IMG/VR virus record: IMGVR_UViG_3300046830_000005
Location: 1 to 27,510 of that record
Strand: one strand, 5' to 3'
Source of the DNA: a virus
Lineage: Duplodnaviria; Caudoviricetes
DNA length: 27,510 nucleotides
The notes under the pieces are model-generated. The model was not told where the DNA came from. It ran no database searches and was given only the letters and a program-made list of their open reading frames with translations. Positions 1-7,672 of the stretch are shown here, piece by piece. The stretch's first letter is position 1, and the number at the start of each line of letters is the position of its first letter. Made by a program: the position numbers and the translations under genes.

Positions 1-507
1 TAATGATTGGATAGGTACAATATCTTGGCACATGTGTGCTACACGTGTTTGAGGGCGTATTGTAAACCCTTTCTGCATCAGCTCTGCACATTTAAGAGCA
101 CGAACTAACTCATAGTCTAATCTCATCTTTTCCTCTTGACGTTTGGCAATCTGTCTACATTGTTCAAGACCACGTTTGTCTAAAGGTACTGAAAAGTTTA
201 TTTGAAAGCCCCAGTTCTCTGATATAACATAACCTTCATCGTCATACGGTGAGGTATCGTTACCCATATAAAAAGGGCTAAACGTCATTGTTGATCCGTT
301 ACAAGATATGGAAGAACCATATTGTTGTCTAGACGGTGCTCCGTTATTTTGAAATTGCACAGCCTGATTGGTAACATTTCCTGTTGCTGCTGCCACAGGG
401 TTGGACGAGTTGTTTGTGTCTCCTTCTGCATATACTGGTGTTATTGTGAGAATACAGAGAGCGATGTAGTAGTAGAGTTTATTGTATAGTTTGTTGTGGT
501 ATCCCAC
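1..507 (-). CDS. Putative secreted/envelope protein, 3'-truncated by the window edge (start uncertain)
   Basis: Hand translation gives an open frame from GTG at 507 to position 1: MGYHNKLYNKLYYYIALCILTITPVYA-EGDTNNSSNPVAAATGNVTNQAVQFQNNGAPSRQQYGSSISCNGSTMTFSPFYMGND...NWGFQINFSVPLDKRGLEQCRQIAKRQEEKMRLDYELVRALKCAELMQKGF. It has a signal-peptide-like segment ending VYA. It is absent from the ORF track, probably because it has no stop in the window. Confidence 0.75.
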   Translation of the reverse strand, partial: MGYHNKLYNKLYYYIALCILTITPVYAEGDTNNSSNPVAAATGNVTNQAVQFQNNGAPSRQQYGSSISCNGSTMTFSPFYMGNDTSPYDDEGYVISENWGFQINFSVPLDKRGLEQCRQIAKRQEEKMRLDYELVRALKCAELMQKGFTIRPQTRVAHMCQDIVPIQSL

Positions 508-803
508 TGCTCTACTAAACCAGCTGCTCTGGTTGTTGTTTCTAGTGTCCACGGTAGTGTTGTGTCAGTAACAGTAAATACGACATCGCCTCCAGCGATA
601 CCAGCACTAGCTGCTGCTGAGATGTTTGACCCAGACCAAGTGTTTACTTCAGCTCCGAAGACCTGGATTTGCTCGACCTCGGTTACTACTTGAGTTGTAG
701 TAGTCGTACTATTCATACTCCCTGTTGTAAAGGCGGGAGTTACCGTATTAGCTCTTGCTACTGTAGGTGCAACCAGTGCTAAGAGTATGAGTAATTTTTT
801 CAT
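441..803 (-). CDS. Secreted Thr-rich beta-strand protein with signal peptide, function unknown
   Basis: MKKLLILLALVAPTVARA is a classic Sec signal peptide with A-x-A cleavage. Its start overlaps the stop of the upstream gene (ATGA coupling at 800-803). Confidence 0.8.
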   Translation of the reverse strand: MKKLLILLALVAPTVARANTVTPAFTTGSMNSTTTTTQVVTEVEQIQVFGAEVNTWSGSNISAAASAGIAGGDVVFTVTDTTLPWTLETTTRAAGLVEQWDTTTNYTINSTTTSLSVFSQ

Positions 804-1111
804 ACTTTTGGTTTGTCGGGTTTTTTCATCATAGGACAGTTGGTTGGTGTTTTACCATTTTTATTACCAGTAGTCAAACCAAATGTGGCCAAAGCTCCAG
901 TAAATACGCTGGCCACAAAAGTGATATCAGAGTTACCAGATTTTTTAACCATTGGTATTTCTACATAGTTCATAGTAATAATAAAACCAGACCAAACAAC
1001 TACACCTAGTCGTACTATAGTTCCAAGAAATTCTATTTGATGTTCCTTGTCTTCAGCAATATCTTTTACTTTACCGAGGAATCCTTTTTCTTCTTTCTCT
1101 GTTCCTTCCAT
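800..1111 (-). CDS. Small two-TM membrane protein (holin-like candidate)
   Basis: Two hydrophobic segments (FLGTIVRLGVVVWSGFIITM and ITFVASVFTGALATFGL), a charged N-terminus and a basic C-terminus. It lies downstream of the tail fibres, where T7 has its holin. Confidence 0.7.
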   Translation of the reverse strand: MEGTEKEEKGFLGKVKDIAEDKEHQIEFLGTIVRLGVVVWSGFIITMNYVEIPMVKKSGNSDITFVASVFTGALATFGLTTGNKNGKTPTNCPMMKKPDKPKV

Positions 1112-1443
1112 TTTTTTATTTTATTATTTAAAAACTTTGTTATTTTTTCTTTAATATCTTGTATAATAGGTGTGGCTACAGTTGTAGCTGCCACTGCTGT
1201 AACAGCTGTAATAACTGTAGGAACTAATATATCAGGCGATGGTAAAGGGTAAGGTGGAAAAGGAGGTGGTAAAGTTGGTTTAGGTGGATCAACAGTTTCT
1301 ACAGGTTTTGTACCCTTTGGTTCTCTAAGATCACTTGGAGGTACAACTAAAGGAATGTAAGAAGGTACGTCTGCTGTTGGTAAAGGTATAGATATTGTTT
1401 CTATCGTCTCTACTGGTGGTAATACTATGGTGGGTATTTCCAC
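1066..1443 (-). CDS. Proline-rich single-pass membrane protein
   Basis: Pro-rich N-terminal ~70 aa, hydrophobic stretch ILVPTVITAVTAVAATTVA, and a Lys-rich tail. The GTG start overlaps the upstream TAG stop at 1443. Confidence 0.7.
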   Translation of the reverse strand: MEIPTIVLPPVETIETISIPLPTADVPSYIPLVVPPSDLREPKGTKPVETVDPPKPTLPPPFPPYPLPSPDILVPTVITAVTAVAATTVATPIIQDIKEKITKFLNNKIKKWKEQRKKKKDSSVK

Positions 1444-1727
1444 TATGCTGACTTATCTGCAATAAGTTTTGCTTTCCATGCAGCTTTTATGTCAGTAGTC
1501 CAAACTGCATTACATATAGCTTGCACTTCTGCTGGTTCTGCTGATATGTCAGTATCAACTAGAGCATCATTACCATCTAACGTACCAGCTTGTAGCACAT
1601 ATCTTTCAAAACTTCTTGTTAATTCTTTATCATCTTTTGTGATGACTGTTGCTTTGCGGACTTGTACCGCTTTGTATGTTCCGACAACTTCTATTTTGTC
1701 GTATTCGATTGATTCGGCTAATGCCAT
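1443..1727 (-). CDS. Conserved small phage protein, probable tail-fibre assembly/accessory protein
   Basis: The DKIEVV...VQVR.AT...D..E..RSF.R.VL...EVQAICNAVWT pattern is one I recall following 'ALDDYEEGT.TP'-type fibres in marine phages. A GGAG Shine-Dalgarno lies upstream. Confidence 0.7.
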   Translation of the reverse strand: MALAESIEYDKIEVVGTYKAVQVRKATVITKDDKELTRSFERYVLQAGTLDGNDALVDTDISAEPAEVQAICNAVWTTDIKAAWKAKLIADKSA

Positions 1728-1792
1728 TAGGATTAATCTCCGATTAAAACAGGTTTAGGCTTAGTTTTAAGACGTAGCTTCGGTCTAGGAAA
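1728..1792 (-). promoter_or_regulatory. Intergenic double hairpin plus Shine-Dalgarno
   Basis: Minus strand reads AGAC-CGAAGCTAC-GTCT and TTAAAAC-TAAGCCTAAACCT-GTTTTAA (stems adjacent, sharing one T), then GGAGATTAATCCTAATG. Confidence 0.4.
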
Positions 1793-3538
1793 TTAACCTA
1801 TGTACCAGAAATTCCCTATTAATCTTTTACCTGATATTTCATTATTTTTTGCGTGTTGAGAACTAGAACCTAAGCTATTGTTATTATCCATAACGTAGGC
1901 TCTTGAACCAACATGTATGACAAGTGGGTTTCCATTATCTGTCCATCCAACTACACCTGAACCATAAGAAACTTGAAGAGCAAATGGTATAGTAAAACTA
2001 GCATCAGCATTGTTAGAAGTACTCGGCCAAGTTATATCAAACTGAACATACACCATTCTTCCGATTTTTGTATATCTGGCTGTATTATTATTTGTTAAAC
2101 TTAGTGATGCACCACTTAGATCGGTTGGAGTGTAAGTGCCTTCTTCATAGTCGTCAAGTGCGTTGGCTGCTGCGGTGTCAGATCCAAATTTTAATCCATC
2201 TGCGTCAATTTTTACTTGGGTAGCAGTACCACCATTACCACTAATAGATATACCAGTTTGACCTCTTAATACTAAGTTTCCAGCCTTAGTGCCATTACCT
2301 ATATTGTCATTTGCTTCTGCTGTTCCAACAAAAGAACTGTAACTTGATGACTCAATTTGTGCCATCGGTGCTGTGTCTTTTAGATGGAGTTTTTGACTTG
2401 GACTTGCTGTACCTATACCTACTTTTCCAGACGAATTTATAACTAAATCGCTATTATTACCAGTTCGACTAATAAAAAATGGATCATTAGGAATACTTCC
2501 AGCAACTCCAATGTAGGCTGCTGCTGAAGATCGTGTTAATTTTATATGACGACTATCAGCACTTGAAGAAGCGTCAGTTATATTTAATGTCGACCCATTT
2601 GCTGTCCCCGTTCCAGTAATATCAAGCTTAAAGGCTGGACTTGTTGTACCTATACCTACGTTCCCATCAGTTTGAATTCTAAATTTTTCTATACCTTCTG
2701 GTAAAAATCTAAATATACCATTATTACCGGTATCTAAGATTTCTGCATAAGAGTTGCCTTCTATTATCCTGTCAGCATCTGGTAATGAAACTGTTTCAAA
2801 GCTAGGATCTGCTCCGTTGTTTGCTCGTAAGAACTTACCATCACTACTGCCATCACCATGTGGAAGTTTGGCTAGTGTTACACCTTGGTCAGCTATCTTA
2901 GCAGTAGTAACAGAACCATCAATTATATGTTCAGCACCAATACTATCGTCAGCTATCTTAGTATGATTTATTGCATCAGCAGCTATTTTAGCAGTAGTTA
3001 CTGCATTATTAGCGATTGTTAAAGATGTAGAACCTGTAACGTCGCCTGTGTGAGTAGCGTTGGTTGTTTTAGCTGTGTTAGCTGAGATTGCTGTGTTGAT
3101 CGAGTTTGCAAGTTTAGCGTCAGTAACTGCATCGTCAGCCAGTTTAGCTGTAGTTACACCACCGTCTGCTAACGCACCAGCAATGTATAGTGTACCACCC
3201 ATATTAGCATGGGATGTACATTGATAATAAAGCACATCAGGAGCATCATGTTGTACTTCAACTATGACTGTACCGCTACCAGCGTTGTTTGTAACGCCAG
3301 TACTGTATGCAGAGCCACCAGCTCCAGCTACGCTTTGTATTTGTATAGGATGAGCACCTGTGCCGTTCTCAAACCTATATGTTTTACCTCTTGTTAGGTA
3401 AAGTGTGGGGTCGTTAACTGTTCCGTTAAGACCCTCTCCTTGAAAGGTGTAATGATCTGTGCCACTCGCACCTATTGTAAAAACATGATCCAGAGCTAAC
3501 TCGTCTAAACCAGCCTTATTTATTTGTGTTAATGTCAT
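1793..3538 (-). CDS. Second tail fibre / receptor-binding protein (581 aa)
   Basis: Contains AVTTAK(L/I)ADD decapeptide repeats, GNVGIGTTSP and GKVGIGTASP fibre repeats, and a C-terminal ANALDDYEEGTYTP...YTKIGRMVYV module. It has no T7 gp17 anchor domain. Confidence 0.85.
   Translation of the reverse strand: MTLTQINKAGLDELALDHVFTIGASGTDHYTFQGEGLNGTVNDPTLYLTRGKTYRFENGTGAHPIQIQSVAGAGGSAYSTGVTNNAGSGTVIVEVQHDAPDVLYYQCTSHANMGGTLYIAGALADGGVTTAKLADDAVTDAKLANSINTAISANTAKTTNATHTGDVTGSTSLTIANNAVTTAKIAADAINHTKIADDSIGAEHIIDGSVTTAKIADQGVTLAKLPHGDGSSDGKFLRANNGADPSFETVSLPDADRIIEGNSYAEILDTGNNGIFRFLPEGIEKFRIQTDGNVGIGTTSPAFKLDITGTGTANGSTLNITDASSSADSRHIKLTRSSAAAYIGVAGSIPNDPFFISRTGNNSDLVINSSGKVGIGTASPSQKLHLKDTAPMAQIESSSYSSFVGTAEANDNIGNGTKAGNLVLRGQTGISISGNGGTATQVKIDADGLKFGSDTAAANALDDYEEGTYTPTDLSGASLSLTNNNTARYTKIGRMVYVQFDITWPSTSNNADASFTIPFALQVSYGSGVVGWTDNGNPLVIHVGSRAYVMDNNNSLGSSSQHAKNNEISGKRLIGNFWYIG
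3011..3111. repeat. Direct repeat copy A (101 nt) shared between the two fibre genes
   Basis: Aligns ungapped to 5423-5523 with 14 mismatches by hand count (~86% identity). Encodes ANS.N.AI.ANTAKTTNATHTGDVTG.TSLTIA. Confidence 0.9.
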
Positions 3539-3825
3539 TCTGGTTTAGGATATTTAACTTTTACAGGATCGACTATATCTGTCTTCCACTTATCAAGTCC
3601 GTTGTGGTATATGTAATCAAGTTGTGTACTCCAATTTGGATACTCTAAAAGTCTTTGTTCTTTGTATTTTATTTTTGCATACTCTGCGTCAAGTGTAACT
3701 CTAGCTTCATCAATTTTTGATTGCTCAACACTAACTGAAGTGCCATTTCCATCTAAAATTGCATTACTGTCATCGTCTATAGTTACAACAGTTGGGTATG
3801 CTTTTCTAATTGCTTCGTGATCCAT
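3535..3825 (-). CDS. Probable tail-fibre assembly chaperone-like protein
   Basis: R..EYP....QLD.IYH.G...WK..I...VK.KYPKP pattern typical of small proteins that follow marine phage fibre genes. Its stop overlaps the start of the next gene. Confidence 0.7.
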   Translation of the reverse strand: MDHEAIRKAYPTVVTIDDDSNAILDGNGTSVSVEQSKIDEARVTLDAEYAKIKYKEQRLLEYPNWSTQLDYIYHNGLDKWKTDIVDPVKVKYPKPE

Positions 3826-3827
3826 AG

Positions 3828-4358
3828 TTAATTGTGTGCGATTTCAAAAAGTGTTATGTAAGATGATGTACCAGCATTATTATTATAATTAGGGTTTGTA
3901 TAACATCTGTTACACCAGACAGCATAGTTAGCATAACCACTTCTCATTTGTATAGCATAAGTATGAGTACCAGAACCCGGAGTATCTAAAAACCCATTAG
4001 ATAAAGAGTATGAACCATAACCTGAGTAACTATCATAACTTGTAAAAAAAGCATTATTTGCAACAATTTGATTACTTGTACCAGCAACTCCTTGACCTAA
4101 AGCTGTAGTACCTCTTACCAAACGTGCTTGACCAGAATATACGTTTGGTGCTGCACTCATGCTTATTTGATAAATAATTAATACTTTATTATTACTGTCG
4201 CTCATTGTAATAGCTTGTGTAAGACCGCCTACGTTGCTTGACCAAGATTGTCCAGTATGACTTGTGTGTCCAGATTTGTGAGAAGTTAGACATTGTACTA
4301 TTCGACCACCGTTAGAACTACCGTTAGAGTTAGTACCATCTCCATATTGAATAGCCAT
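3828..4358 (-). CDS. Small tail-fibre-associated / fibre-tip protein (176 aa)
   Basis: G.IVQ...IT.S.S.NKVLI...LDTP.S..HTY.IQ...S.ITLFEIA pattern; beta-rich. TAATG-coupled to the upstream fibre gene. Confidence 0.7.
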   Translation of the reverse strand: MAIQYGDGTNSNGSSNGGRIVQCLTSHKSGHTSHTGQSWSSNVGGLTQAITMSDSNNKVLIIYQISMSAAPNVYSGQARLVRGTTALGQGVAGTSNQIVANNAFFTSYDSYSGYGSYSLSNGFLDTPGSGTHTYAIQMRSGYANYAVWCNRCYTNPNYNNNAGTSSYITLFEIAHN

Positions 4359-7300
4359 TATGATACCTCCGTTAAATTAAATTTGTACTTCTTACCAGAA
4401 CGGTTATTTTTTAAGAACAAGTCTGATTCTCCTTCTTGTATTGTCCAGTTACCCCATGTACCATCAACATCGTTAGATGACCCTTCGTTAGATAAGTTAA
4501 GGTCATTGGTGTAAATGTTTCTCCAACGATATGATGATGTACCTAAATCGTAAGTGTTGTTAGCTGATGGTATTAAATGACCATTATCTGATATTTGAAA
4601 TCTGTTGTTACCCTGTGTACCAAATACTATGGCTTTAGAGCTAGCATGATTATACAAGTATAGATGACCTGTTACAGAATCAAAATAACTGTCTGATCCG
4701 TCATGGTACATACGAGCGTCATTTGATGCTCCAGCATAAATCTTTCCTGTATCTGTAGTTACTTTTAAATGTTCACCACTGATAATACTAGTTGTTGCAT
4801 TAAAGTCGCCAGTTACAACCACGCCACCACCAGTTGTGTTTAATTTTTTTTGATTGTCGTGATATAGCTCTACTGCTCCGTCTTGTATGAACATTGCTTG
4901 TGTTTCATTAAAGGCAGCATTACCTATTACTGTTCTACTAGCACCTAAACGTAAATCTCCTGTACCTTCGTCTGTTATTTCAGAATGAGAACCTGTGTGT
5001 CTTATACGAAAATCATCACCATTACCTAAAGTAACACAACCACTTGCTGTACCCGAACTGTCTGACAAACTAATGTTATGAGTTTGACAATCTAACGGGC
5101 CACCTAGCTGTGGTGATGTGTCACCAACTAGATCTGTGTTAACTGTGTTACCAGATGCTGCTGTGATTCTACCTTGTGCATCGACAGTAATAGAAGGTAT
5201 AGATGTTGATGATCCATAGCTTGCTGCTGTTACTGATGTGTTAGCAAGTTTAGCTGCTGTAACTGCATCGTCTGCAATTCTATCTGTAGTAACTGCACCA
5301 CCTTCAATATTTCCAGTTTTTACTGTGTTACTAGAAAGTTGTTGAAATGTTACAGCGTTGTCTGCAATCTTAGCTGTAGTAACTGCATCGTCTGCAATCT
5401 TAGCTGTAGTTACAGCTCCAGAAGCGATTGTTAAAGATGTTGCACCTGTAACGTCTCCTGTGTGAGTAGCATTAGTCGTCTTAGCTGTGTTAGCTGCAAT
5501 CGCTGAGTTAACAGAGTTTGCAATCTTATCTGCTGTAACTGCGTCATCTGCTATCTTAGCTGTAGTTACGTTTGCATCTGTAATCTTTGCAGTTGTAACT
5601 GATCCGTTCTGTAATATTGCTGTTGTAACTGTGTTATCGCTAGGTGTACCTATTCCGACTGTTGACCCGATTGCAGTAACAAAAATACTAGCACCGTTGA
5701 CAGGAGCGGAACCGAATATAATATCATTACCAACAAGGACGAAGCCTTCACTTGGCTGGCTTGATCCAGCGTTAGGTTTCTGAACGACTCCATCGACACT
5801 AACAATAAGAGCTTGTGCTGACTGAGGTGCGTTACTAATTGTAAATCTATAAGCTGTTCCATTTGCTGTTGCACTGCCTCCACCTGTAGAAGATGAACTT
5901 GATAATGTACATATAAAGAAGTTACCTATAGCAGATGACTCTTCCCATGCAGAGTTTTGACTAGAGTAAACCATAAGCTTACTGTTAGTTGTATCATACC
6001 ATAAGTCACCACCGTCTAGGGAAGATGTAGGTGCAGAAGCTGATACTCTGTATCTGTTTGAGAATGAGTTAACTGTAGCACTAATAGCCTGTATATCGGC
6101 TGCACTAGCTAATTGTTTGTGGAATGTATATGTATGTAAGGTTGTTGTTGTCTGTACCTGTAATCCACTGGTTGCTGGTAAAGTCTGACTTTGTAATGAA
6201 GTAGGAAAACCAGTTATAGTTACAGTGTTACCAGATCCAGCACCATTAGATATAGTTGTTGTACCATTAGCAGCTACTGCAAGACCAGTAGATAGTTGTG
6301 ATATAGATACAACTGTACCAGCACCGTTGCTTGGGTCAGGGTTAGCTGTAGGAAAGCTAGTCTCGTTTGCTATAGCTACAAAACCACCAAGAGCATTTGT
6401 TACAGACAATACAAGGTCGTTTACCGCTTTAGATGTAGGAATACGAGTATCACTACTTGTAGTAACAGAAGTTTCTAGTGTTATACCGTCAAGCTGGTTT
6501 AGTTCTGCTGTAGTAGCTGTAAGAGCTGTACTATCAGCTAGTCTTGAAGCTGTACCAGATTGCATACCAGCTAGAGTTGTAAGTTCTCCATCCTGGATTT
6601 TGTCAGTTGTAACAGCGTTAGATTGTAAGTTAGCACTATCAACAGTAATGTCTGTGGGAAGTGCTCCACTACCTAATTTAGCTAGGGTTACACTGTCATT
6701 TGCTAATTTAGAACCAGAAATGTCAGCACTAGCGTTTATATCAGCGTTAACAATAGTACCATCTACTATGTTTGCACTTGCTACAGTTATATCTGTAGGT
6801 AAAGCTCCACTTCCTAGTTTTGCTAAAGTAACACTATCATCTGCTAGTTTACTACCAGCTATATTTGCACTGCTATTTATATCAGCATTTACTATAGACC
6901 CATCTACAATATTAGCTGAGTTTACAGTTATACCACTAGGTAAATTACCAGTAGCAATTTTACTTTGTGATATAGCTGCACTAGAGTTAATATCAGCATC
7001 TACAATAGAACTGTCTACTATATTGTTACTATTTATCTGTATTCCACTAGGTAGTGTTCCTGTAGCTATTTTACTTTGAGCTATTGCTGCACTTGCGTTT
7101 ATATCTGCATCAACAATACTACCATCTATAATCTTAGCACTGTTTACAAATGGTTGTGCTACACCATTAATACTAGGTTGTACACCACCAAATATAGATC
7201 CTTCTAAATCTAATGCCTTATTTCTAGCATCTTGCCCTGTAAAGTTAGATTCAGTAGATGAATTGTTAAGGTCAGTAGCTCTAATTGTACTGCCACTAGC

Positions 7301-7660
7301 AAAGCTAGTATATGAACTATCTGCATCTCTTGTTCTACGCTCACAAAATACTACTGCCCCACTAGGTAGTGCAGAGTTAAATGTAATTGTATTGTTATCG
7401 CTGGATAGTGTGTAGTTGTATAAAGTTGCTCCCGCAGATACTGCAGGGAAATATAATCCATCTGTATTATTCACCTGTGGGTGACTAGATTGTGCAGTAC
7501 TACCAGTAGACTGGCGTAGCTGTAGAACTCTAGTACCACCCGACAATGTGACATAAACATCTAGATCATCTTGGTTATTCAGTTGTATGCTGACTGGACT
7601 AAATACAGTTGTAGTTGCATTAGTCGTAGCAGCGAATGATTTTTTAGTTGTAACTGCCAT
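4358..7660 (-). CDS. Major tail fibre (T7 gp17-like, 1100 aa)
   Basis: Follows gp16. N-terminal anchor-like region (ITFNSALPSGAVVFCERRT...FASGSTIRATDLNN), then IVDADIN and AVTTAKIADD repeats. C-terminal YDLGTSSYRWRNIYTNDLNLSNEG...DGTWGNWTIQEGE.DLFL.NNRSGKKYKFNLTEV module. Confidence 0.9.
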   Translation of the reverse strand: MAVTTKKSFAATTNATTTVFSPVSIQLNNQDDLDVYVTLSGGTRVLQLRQSTGSTAQSSHPQVNNTDGLYFPAVSAGATLYNYTLSSDNNTITFNSALPSGAVVFCERRTRDADSSYTSFASGSTIRATDLNNSSTESNFTGQDARNKALDLEGSIFGGVQPSINGVAQPFVNSAKIIDGSIVDADINASAAIAQSKIATGTLPSGIQINSNNIVDSSIVDADINSSAAISQSKIATGNLPSGITVNSANIVDGSIVNADINSSANIAGSKLADDSVTLAKLGSGALPTDITVASANIVDGTIVNADINASADISGSKLANDSVTLAKLGSGALPTDITVDSANLQSNAVTTDKIQDGELTTLAGMQSGTASRLADSTALTATTAELNQLDGITLETSVTTSSDTRIPTSKAVNDLVLSVTNALGGFVAIANETSFPTANPDPSNGAGTVVSISQLSTGLAVAANGTTTISNGAGSGNTVTITGFPTSLQSQTLPATSGLQVQTTTTLHTYTFHKQLASAADIQAISATVNSFSNRYRVSASAPTSSLDGGDLWYDTTNSKLMVYSSQNSAWEESSAIGNFFICTLSSSSSTGGGSATANGTAYRFTISNAPQSAQALIVSVDGVVQKPNAGSSQPSEGFVLVGNDIIFGSAPVNGASIFVTAIGSTVGIGTPSDNTVTTAILQNGSVTTAKITDANVTTAKIADDAVTADKIANSVNSAIAANTAKTTNATHTGDVTGATSLTIASGAVTTAKIADDAVTTAKIADNAVTFQQLSSNTVKTGNIEGGAVTTDRIADDAVTAAKLANTSVTAASYGSSTSIPSITVDAQGRITAASGNTVNTDLVGDTSPQLGGPLDCQTHNISLSDSSGTASGCVTLGNGDDFRIRHTGSHSEITDEGTGDLRLGASRTVIGNAAFNETQAMFIQDGAVELYHDNQKKLNTTGGGVVVTGDFNATTSIISGEHLKVTTDTGKIYAGASNDARMYHDGSDSYFDSVTGHLYLYNHASSKAIVFGTQGNNRFQISDNGHLIPSANNTYDLGTSSYRWRNIYTNDLNLSNEGSSNDVDGTWGNWTIQEGESDLFLKNNRSGKKYKFNLTEVS
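5423..5523. repeat. Direct repeat copy B (101 nt) shared between the two fibre genes
   Basis: Matches 3011-3111 at ~86% by hand alignment. Confidence 0.9.
6644..7147 (-). repeat. Coding tandem repeats in gp17: 37+37+47+47 aa units
   Basis: Units are VNSAKIIDGSIVDADINASAAIAQSKIATGTLPSGIQ, INSNNIVDSSIVDADINSSAAISQSKIATGNLPSGIT, VNSANIVDGSIVNADINSSANIAGSKLADDSVTLAKLGSGALPTDIT and VASANIVDGTIVNADINASADISGSKLANDSVTLAKLGSGALPTDIT. Total 168 aa = 504 nt. Confidence 0.9.
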
Positions 7661-7672
7661 TGATAATCAATG

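Noticed and set aside
5260-5420. 30-nt near-identical repeats resembling a CRISPR-like array
   Set aside because: They are in-frame coding repeats (AVTTAKIADD) within the fibre shaft, with no unique spacers and no cas genes.
3011-5523. Repeat pair as a diversity-generating retroelement TR/VR
   Set aside because: Both copies are coding and mid-gene, the mismatches are largely third-position and not adenine-specific, and no reverse transcriptase is present in the window.
6225-7079. 284-aa plus-strand ORF (and the other plus-strand ORFs in the track)
   Set aside because: These are antisense shadows of minus-strand genes. Ala/Thr/Ser-rich repeat codons leave the opposite frame stop-poor, and there are no recognisable motifs or SD sites.
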